DNA of 64,000 bases, from contig CM000151.3 in NCBI GenBank assembly GCA_000004695.1, positions 3,360,001 through 3,424,000 on the forward strand, given 5' to 3'. The translations under genes were made by a program, and so were the position numbers. The DNA comes from Dictyostelium discoideum. Lineage: Eukaryota. Shown here one piece after another: positions 55,160 to 64,000 of the stretch (its first letter is position 1; every line of letters starts with the position of its first letter). Below the pieces are notes generated by a model that made no database searches, was not told the origin of the DNA, and saw nothing but the letters and a program-made list of their open reading frames with translations.

Positions 55160-58100
55160 TTACTAATGGTGGTACAAGTCAATTATTAGATATTATTAAA
55201 ATTAGAGAGGTTTTAAAGAATGATTTTAATAGATTTTCAAATGAATTTGAAATTGAAAGAGAATTAGAAGAATGTTGTTTAATTAATTCAAGTATTCAAT
55301 TATATAATAGTAAATTAAAAGCATTAGATGGTTGGAAATCATTTATTAATATTTCTTTAGCTCAAAATACAATTGAAATTGATACATTGGATGAATCATT
55401 ATTATTATCATTATTACAAAGAATAGTTATTGATTTCTCAAATGAACGTAATCCAATTGAATCAACATTATCAATTGGTTATACAATTTTAACCATTTTA
55501 TTCACATTGAAATTGAAAAAAGATAGTTATCAATTATTTATCAATTCTTCACTCACTACCAATAGCACAGATTCAAATGTAATTGAACAAAAGATGAAAT
55601 CAATCTTTGAAGGATTATTACAAACTGTTTTAAAATCACCACATCAAGCAATAAGAGGTATTAGTTATACTTGTTTAATTCAATATTTGGATTTATCAGC
55701 TACAACTCCAACAACTCCATCATTATCACCTTTATCAACCTCAATTAATAATGTCGTTGAAATGAATAATAAAAGTAAAAATAAAAATAATCAAGATAAA
55801 GAACAAGGATATGGTAATTTAAATATTGGTTTAATCATTAGTAAAATTGAAGATAAATTTATTAGAATCTTATCGAGTGATTGTAATTCATTTAGTAGAG
55901 GTTGGAGAATTACCGCTATAAGTTGTATGCAAAGTATTTTATCAATTGACAATCTTTGTGGACATAGATCATTAATGTTTTTACAAAACAAAGGATTCAT
56001 CATCAATATGATCAATGATACTTGTTCAAAATATTTATCAGATAATTGGGAAAACATTGATCCAAAGGATTTACATGTCTATAAATCACAAATGTCCTTA
56101 CTCTTAAAGATTTCTCAACAAATGGATGGTGTTCACCTCTTAATGAATAATAATGTAATTGGTAGTTTTGTTAAATCACCATTTTTAAATTATATTCCAA
56201 CCGATAAAATCTTTGGTAAATTTATAGAGATACTTTTACCAATTTTACAATTATTCGCTTCATTATGTTGTTATTGTAATAATACTTCAAAGAATAATGG
56301 TAATATTAATAATAATAACAATGTTGGTGGTACAGTTTTAATTGGTAGTGATAGAAATGAAATTTATCAAGAATTATTTGATTTCCTTTCAAATCATTCA
56401 GATTTATTCATCATTATTTTATCAGATCAAAGTAGTTTTAGTCATCCAACTTTATCAAGCTTAAAAGTTTTAAAATTAACTTGTTTCTTATTTTCAAAAG
56501 TTTCAAGTTTATTCTTTAAAAAATCAACTACCACCTCTTCTTCAACTTCAACTACAAGTAGCCATAATAGAACACAATTTAATAGATTCCATTATTGTTT
56601 AATTAATTTATTAGTTAAATATTCAGTAAATTCAAAACAAATCATTGAATTGGTTAAACCTGAAAATATTGATGAAGAATTATTAACCGAGAAAATTGAT
56701 TTTAGTTATTTACCAAAGAGTTCAATTGAAAATCAATTTAAGAATATTCCTGATGATATTAATATTGGTGGTGTTAATATTGGTTTAACAAGTAAAAACT
56801 CAAATAATAATAACAATAATAATAATAATAATAATGGTAGCATCAATGGTAAGAAATCAAAGAGAAAGAATCAATTCCAAATTTTAATTAAAGAAACTAT
56901 CACTTCAATCATTCATGATTTATTATTATATTGCAGAAAAGTTTCAATTGTTCAAGATTCAAATTTTGGTTTCGTTTGTTTTAATTCAAATTTAAATATT
57001 TATCAACAATTCCAATCATTTTCAAGTTTAAGATCAACTAATCGTAATAATAGTAATAATAATAATATTAATAATAACAATAATAATAATAGCAACAATA
57101 ATTATAATAATAATAGTATGAATAGTGATATGGATAATGATGATGATAATATAATTAATAATAATAGTTATAAATTTAATAATAAAAATAATAATAATAA
57201 TAATGATAATAATAATCAAAATAAGAATAGTATATTTGGTGGCTTTGGAGTGAATAATAGTATTATCAATGGAAATAATAATAATAATAATGGTAATAAT
57301 AATAATAATAATGGAAATAATGGAGTTAATATTTTACCATCAATTGATTTAGCTATTAATATATTGGTTGATAATATTCTTCAATATTCATTCTATAAGG
57401 TGGATTTAAGTCAATGTTTCAAATTATTACAATCCTATGATCAATTAACCAACTATCAATATCAAGAGATCTTACAAACTGGTGAAGATTATCCTGCATT
57501 TGGCCCAACTCAAAGAAATCATATGGTTGAAAATATTTTGAAAGAGAAAATCATTGATATTGAAACTCAAATCTCTATCATCCATGAAAATATTGAAATC
57601 CTATTGTTATTGATTGTTTCTCATTCTTTCTACTTTTGTAATTCTTTATATTTGTTATTCCAAAATTCAAATAATAATTTCTATAGTAGTGCAATTGGAG
57701 GCACCATAAGTCCAACTTTAGCTAGTAGTGCTTATTATCCAACAACACAACAACAACAACAACAACAACAACAAGGTGGTTCAAATTTAAAGATTACAGA
57801 TTTAAATGCTTCAACAACTACCTCAAACATTAAAAAGAATAATGAATCAGCATTTTTATCTTCAAAAACAAATCAAAATAGTGGTGGTATGTTATCATCA
57901 GTTTTCTCTTACTTTAAAGGTCAACAAAATAATACACCATCAGCTCAGGTATCACAAATTCCAATAAATTCAACACCTTATTCAACAAATTATGCAACTC
58001 CACATCAACATCAACAACTTTTACAACAACAACAACAAAGACAACAACAAATTCAACAACAAATTAATCAAACACCATCAAATGAATTATCTCCACAAGA

Positions 58101-58257
58101 GATTGAAGTATTCCTTAAACGTTTAAAACAATCCATTTTTGAACGTGAAGTTAATCAATTAGGTGGTAAATTATCTGACGTCATTTTAAACCAAATCGAT
58201 AAAAAATCAACTCTCATTGATTTATTATTGAAAAAATTACAAGATTTAACAAAATAA
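50837..58257 (+). CDS. Giant nucleoporin-like protein, probably the Nup205/Nup192 homologue, of about 2300 aa; join(50837..51157, 51250..51348, 51456..51701, 51778..52077, 52160..52391, 52505..58257)
   Basis: All five introns have GTATGT/GTAAAT/GTAAGT donors and AG acceptors in phase. N-terminal exons (AIAFQISDRFNIDEYLACRILYSVVDH; YQNRSCYLQFLREIL) show patterned similarity to the Nup205 N-terminus as I recall it, which is not a database hit. There are long Q/N low-complexity insertions. Confidence 0.45.
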
Positions 58258-59301
58258 TAAATTATAAATTTAAAATAAAATAATAAATAAAAATTTTAAA
58301 ATAGTATTAAATAAAAAAAAAAAAAAAACACTGTTTGTTTTGATATATAAATAAATAATGTATCATTTTAGACAATTTTTTGATAATTAATTAAATAATG
58401 AAAAAAATTGGAAGAACAGAGATAAATAAATTCCAAATACTAAATATAAAAATATTAAAATAATTTTTTGGGGAAAAAAAATAATGATAATAATAATAAA
58501 ATTAAACAATTATAAAACAATTGTTTTAAATTTTTTTATATTTTTGTTTTATTTAATAGATTGTGAAATATAAACATTGTAATGATTTGAACAATAAATT
58601 TTGCATCTTATAAGTTAGTACAATCCTTTGAATAATATGGGTCACAATCTTAAAACATTTGTTGGTTGGCTACAACAGTGTTTATTGTTTTCTTAATGTA
58701 TTTGTTATTGACTTTAAAATAATTTGTGAGGTTGATGTTGTAATGATGGTGTATATGTTGGAAATTGGTTTACTATATCATTTGTTTTCTGTCGTGGTTG
58801 ATTTGCATTTATTTCAAGATTTTGAGTAATATCTATATTTAAATCATTTCCATACCTGCTTCTGGATTATCATTACCATTACTAGTTGTTGACATATTGA
58901 ATTACTAATTTTATGAATAAAATTATAGATACTTGATAATATGATTTTAAAATAATAAAAATAAAAATAAAAAAAAAAAAAAACAAAATAATTAAAAATA
59001 AAAAATAAATAAATAAAAAAATCTCGTTCATTTTGGTTTTAATTTTTTCATAATCATAAAATATATATTCACATTTTCTCATACCAAAAACTTTTAAACT
59101 AATACAAAGATTAAATGTTTTCTTTATATTTTTTGAATACATTTTAAACAATTTAATAAAATTAAAAAATTGTTATGTTTTTTTGGTTTTTTTTTATTAA
59201 TGTTTATTTGTTTTATTTTTTAAACAAACTTTGTTATCAGACATTAAGTCCATTTTTTTAAACAAAACCTTGTGACCAGCCCATTTTTTTCATAATTTTA
59301 A

Positions 59302-59526
59302 TTATCTGGCATTTTCATAAGCTTCTGCGCATTCTATTGCACATTTTTTTAATAAATCTCTACATGATGGGAAACTCCAGTTTGCACATTCATATGAATA
59401 ATTTGGTGCATTTTTAACACAACCTATGGCACACTGGGCTTCATTTTGATAATCTCCTATATCTATTGCATTTACATTTGAAAACAATGAGATCACCACT
59501 AAAATTGCTATTAAAATTTTTAACAT
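59302..59526 (-). CDS. Small secreted cysteine-rich protein (74 aa; signal peptide plus 8 Cys)
   Basis: MLKILIAILVVISLFSNVNA signal peptide followed by a C..C..C..C..C..C..C pattern. Compact ORF with ATG and stop. Confidence 0.45.
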   Translation of the reverse strand: MLKILIAILVVISLFSNVNAIDIGDYQNEAQCAIGCVKNAPNYSYECANWSFPSCRDLLKKCAIECAEAYENAR

Positions 59527-59985
59527 GATTTTTTTTATTTTTTTTATTTTTTATCTTTTTTTTTAAAAAACTATTAATATATATATTTAAAGTTTATGAT
59601 ATATTTATTTTTTACCTTTTTAAAATATATTTGTATTTTATAATAAAATAAAAAAAAAAAAAATAGTATCCTTTTTTATATAAAATAAAAAAATTAATTT
59701 AAATTTCCATTTTTAGAATATATTAATTAAAATTGATTTTAATTAAAGTATATTAATTAAAATTGAATTTAAAATATTAAATTTGGGAGATTCGGTTATT
59801 AATGTAAAGTTATTCCCGAAAAATTATTATATTCAGTCTATTCTATCACCACTTTATATATTAAATTCATTTAAATTAAAATGTTTTTTTTTTTTAAAAA
59901 TAACAAATTAATTGTAAATAAAAATAATTTACTTATATTTGTACAAAAATCAAAAGAAATTTCAAAATTCAGAAAAAATAAAATA

Positions 59986-60133
<148 letters not shown>

Positions 60134-60302
60134 ATTATATAAAATTAAAAAAATTATAAAAAATAATAAAAAAAAAAAAAATTTAAATTGTAATTTTAAT
60201 TAATATTTAATATATGTTTAGTCAATGCATTAAAATGTTGGTGTGCGTAAGGCAACGTAAAATTAAATTTAGTTAATTTAAATCCCACACACCACATTAT
60301 TT

Positions 60303-60342
<40 letters not shown>

Positions 60343-61346
60343 ATTTTCACCCACACAAAACAAGAATTGATTGGAAATTAGAAATCTAAATAATTTTAAA
60401 ATAAATTCCTATTATTTAATAAAATATAAAAAAAATAAAAAAAAATTAAATCACAAATACAACAAAAAAAAAAAAATTAAAATTGTAAAATTAACCAAAG
60501 GTTAAATTAAATTTAGGTCTGTTTTACATTCGACTCACTTGCATATTAATTTTATTTTTTTTTTTTTTTTAAAAATTGTAATTTTATTTTATTTTCACCA
60601 TATATAAACAATTTGTTTTTTTGGATTTGGTTGGCAAAAACTTAAGGGGACTTTTATTTTTATTTTATAATCTGCATATAAAATAAAAATAAAAGTTAAA
60701 AAGTAATTATGTGCTAGTTGGTTGCCTCTTTTTTTTTTTAACACTTTAGTGCTGAAATTTTCAATGAGGTTTGATAAGAAATCCTTTAGAGAAATATTTT
60801 TGAAATTCCTAAATAAAAATTTGCTTGATGATTCAAACTTTATTAAATTACAAATTGATGATCATTCAGTTTACAGTAGATTTTTAAAAAGAGGGCCATC
60901 GTTGATGATCTTGTAGTTAGTGTTGATAATATTTTACTTGATGATTCAATGAATACAATTGATTCAATGAATACAATTGAATCAAATACACATGCTCAAC
61001 AATCCTATATTGGTATAATAATTCCACATTATAGTGAATCTGTATCGATTGATCCTGATTTTCACTTTTAATCGACCAAAATGCGGCATCACAATCAAGT
61101 GAAAATTCAATATGTTCAAAGAAATCTGGTTTAACAAAAGGTCAAATCGCTGGTATTACAATTGGTTCTGTTTGCTTTGCAACTGTAATTGTTGTTAGTA
61201 TTGTTTACTCTGTTCACAAAACAAAGAAAAACAAAAAATGCAAGGAAATTAGAAGCCTTTAGTAAATAAAAAAAAAAATAAGAAAAAATTAAAAAATATC
61301 AGGAAAATTGGATACAGGACGCGTTTTTTAAAAATATCTTTCGTTT

Positions 61347-61379
<33 letters not shown>

Positions 61380-61743
61380 TTACAATTTTTCCAAATAACT
61401 GATTCTTTTAAAACAAAAAAAAAAAAAAAAAAATAAAAAAAAATAAAATTAAATAAATAAAAAAAAAAAATGCAATCTAATTAATTAATCTAGATAAAGC
61501 AACGAATTTTGTGTGAAAGAAATTAATAAAATAAAAGAAATAGTAAAGATTTTCAATTTGAAAAAATATCTTTAGCTGGGTTTTTTCGAGCTCGAAAAAA
61601 TATCTTTTATTTACTTCTTTTTTTTTTTTCAACTTCTTTCCTACGAAAAAAAAAAAAAAAAAAAAAAAATTATCATTAAATAGAAAATAAATAGAAAAAT
61701 AAATAAATAGAAAAATAAATATAAAATAAATTATTTTTAAAAA

Positions 61744-63395
61744 ATGAAATTTTTTTATTTATTTTTTTATATATTATTAATAAATTTTGGATTTATTAAA
61801 TCGCAATTTATATTAACAGATATTACTCCAAATAATCTATTAATAAGTTACCCTCAATATTTGACACAAAGCGTTTGTGGTGTTTATCATTATATTTTAG
61901 TAAATAATTCTACTCAACAATCCAATATAGATAATTTATTTCCAGCTAGTTTTTTTTTAACTTCAACCAGTGATTTTAGTCTTTATAGCCATTTTGAGTA
62001 TTTAAACATTGGGGAAACAAAAAATATTATTTTTACAGTTAATGATGGTAATCAAAACAATGGATATTTAAATGTTAGTTATATTTGCAAAGGTAATTAT
62101 TTTATTTTTTTTCATTTATTTTTATTTTTTTTTTTCATTTATTTTATTTTATTTTTTAAACAAATAATTTTTTTTATTATTATTTATTTTTTATTTTTTT
62201 TTAATTAAATTTTTATCCTTTTTTTTTTATTTTTTTTTATTAATATCTTTTTTAAATTCTACATTTCAAAATAAAATTTAAATAGAGGTTGAAGTATCAT
62301 TAGTAACAATAGATATTATTCAAGAGGTTACTTGGAATGATGTTTATAAATATTCATCAATTGTAAGATTAAATGGAGTACCAGATGAAAGTACAATGCC
62401 TGAGAGTGATTTTGCGACATTAAATAGAATGGGAAACTCTCAATACCGAATTTTATATAGTGAAAATTATTATTTAAAAATTGCACCAAATTCAAATATA
62501 TGGGATATTGATTTAAAATTTACAAGTAATCAAGTTTTAAAAGTTTCAGTACCATTTAATCTTTTAGGTAAGTTTAATATAAATCAATATATATATTAAA
62601 AAAATAAAAAAAATAATAATAATATTAATATTAACAATCAAATTTTTTTATTATAAAAGATCCAATTATTTCAATAACTGATATTCAAGAATACAAGTGG
62701 AGAGACCTTCGATACAATGCTTTGTATGGTACTGGAATTGAATTCACATCAAATTCATCAATTCAAAGACCAGTTTATTCTTTTGAAAGTAGTCCGTTCT
62801 ACTTTACTCCTAAACCAATATCTGGTGTAAAAGGTAAGGTTAAATATTTCGTTAACCCAATGCCACTTTTGTTTGGAGAACAAAATTTTAATTTTTATTC
62901 CCAAAAGGAGGATAACTCATTCAAGAATGATTTCAATTCAACATTTAATTTCCAAAGTAAGTTTTTTAATATTTTTAAATTTTAAATTTTAATATTCTTA
63001 TGATTTTAAACTAATAAACCATACAAACTATCTATTAGTAACAACTTCAAATCCATTGGGTACACCAACCGTTAGCCTTGATAATACCACAACATCAAAT
63101 TTTATAACTGTAAAGTTTAATGGTTTTTCCAGATATGATTTTAAAACTTTGACTTGTAATTTCAAACAAATATTTGATTCTGGTTTTATTTATGATTTCC
63201 CATTTGGATTTATTAATGGTAACAATGATAATAATCAAATGAGTATTTCCACTCCTATTTCACCTAAATCATTTCAACAAAGTTTTTCTTGGAACTGTGG
63301 TTCATCATTTGTTGAAGTAAATAAAGATTTTTATAAAATTGGTATGATATAATTAATACTTTTGTTTCTTTTTTATTAAAAATTAACTAACAGAG

Positions 63396-63431
<36 letters not shown>

Positions 63432-63864
63432 TAATTAGTCAATGGAAGTCTAGGAAAGATTACATCTGTTGAAAGGATTAATATTTTCCAATTTTCATTT
63501 TTAGTCATTTTTAAAGCTCAAGATGATGTAGGTGTTAAATATATCGATCATATTATAGATGGTGTTTATTTAAGATTTGGATCTCAAAATTTAGTATCAG
63601 GTAATAATTTAAATGGTGCTTGGGAATATGTGCATGATGGAGTAAACTTGGGAATTGATACCCAAAATGCAGTTTCACTTATTAATGAATTGGATTTAAA
63701 AACAACTTATACCCCATTATATCCATTTTCAATTACCAATCCTGATCAAATTATGATTTTACCTGGAATTCAATTAAATAGTAAGTTATAAATATATTAA
63801 TATATACTATTAAGATGTAAATTTAAAAAGAAATGGTTTAAAATATTAATTTTTAAATTTTATT

Positions 63865-63899
<35 letters not shown>

Positions 63900-64000
63900 T
63901 AAAAATAGATACAGTAAATTATTATAAAGATTTAAAAAATATTTCATTCTTATTTAATAATGTCCATGTTACAAATCAAAGTGTAGATAATATAATGTAT
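61744..64000 (+). CDS. Secreted protein of unknown family, multi-exon, 3' end beyond the window; join(61744..62092, 62286..62576, 62660..62956, 63039..63341, 63439..63780, 63909..>64000)
   Basis: N-terminal signal peptide MKFFYLFFYILLINFGFIKSQ. Five introns with GTAATT/GTAAGT/GTATGA donors and AG acceptors preserve the reading frame across the ORF-track pieces 62396-62599, 62722-62985 and 63056-63352. Confidence 0.55.

Noticed and set aside
58882-59151. 89-aa minus-strand ORF
   Set aside because: Low-complexity poly-F/I stretch in AT-rich intergenic DNA with no protein-like composition.

Overview
The window is an AT-rich (~78% A+T) eukaryotic nuclear segment with the hallmarks of Dictyostelium discoideum: long in-frame (AAT)n/(GAT)n/(ACA)n codon repeats giving poly-Asn/Asp/Thr tracts, short AT-rich GT..AG introns of about 80-120 bp, and homopolymer-rich intergenic DNA. 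It is not prokaryotic, so operons, terminators and CRISPR do not apply. I can support about 20 protein-coding genes, several of them multi-exon, with gene models reconstructed by hand from splice signals. These are: a decayed TPR/Sel1+MYND gene; a large Asn-rich protein; a multipass membrane protein; a 1380-aa Asn/Asp-rich protein; a RING-CH (MARCH) E3 ligase; a FNIP-repeat protein; mitochondrial ribosomal protein bL20; MBF1; a tRNA-splicing endonuclease subunit; a hotdog thioesterase; a full-size ABCG/PDR transporter; a peroxisomal D-amino-acid oxidase; histidine ammonia-lyase; a DyP-type peroxidase; two secreted proteins; and a Nup205-like giant nucleoporin. There are two Pol III tRNA genes on the minus strand, tRNA-Thr(AGU) and tRNA-Leu(UAA), and a 3'-fragment cytochrome P450 pseudogene. 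The most striking structure is a complete, target-site-duplicated TRE5-A (DRE) non-LTR retrotransposon of about 7 kb. It sits exactly 46-48 bp upstream of the tRNA-Leu gene, carries an unusually expanded 8.2-copy tandem array of its 199-bp A-module, intact ORF1 and ORF2 (APE-RT), and a 3' duplicate of the B-module/ORF1 start. Many microsatellites are present, including (ATT)n, (GTTT)n and (AAATC)n.
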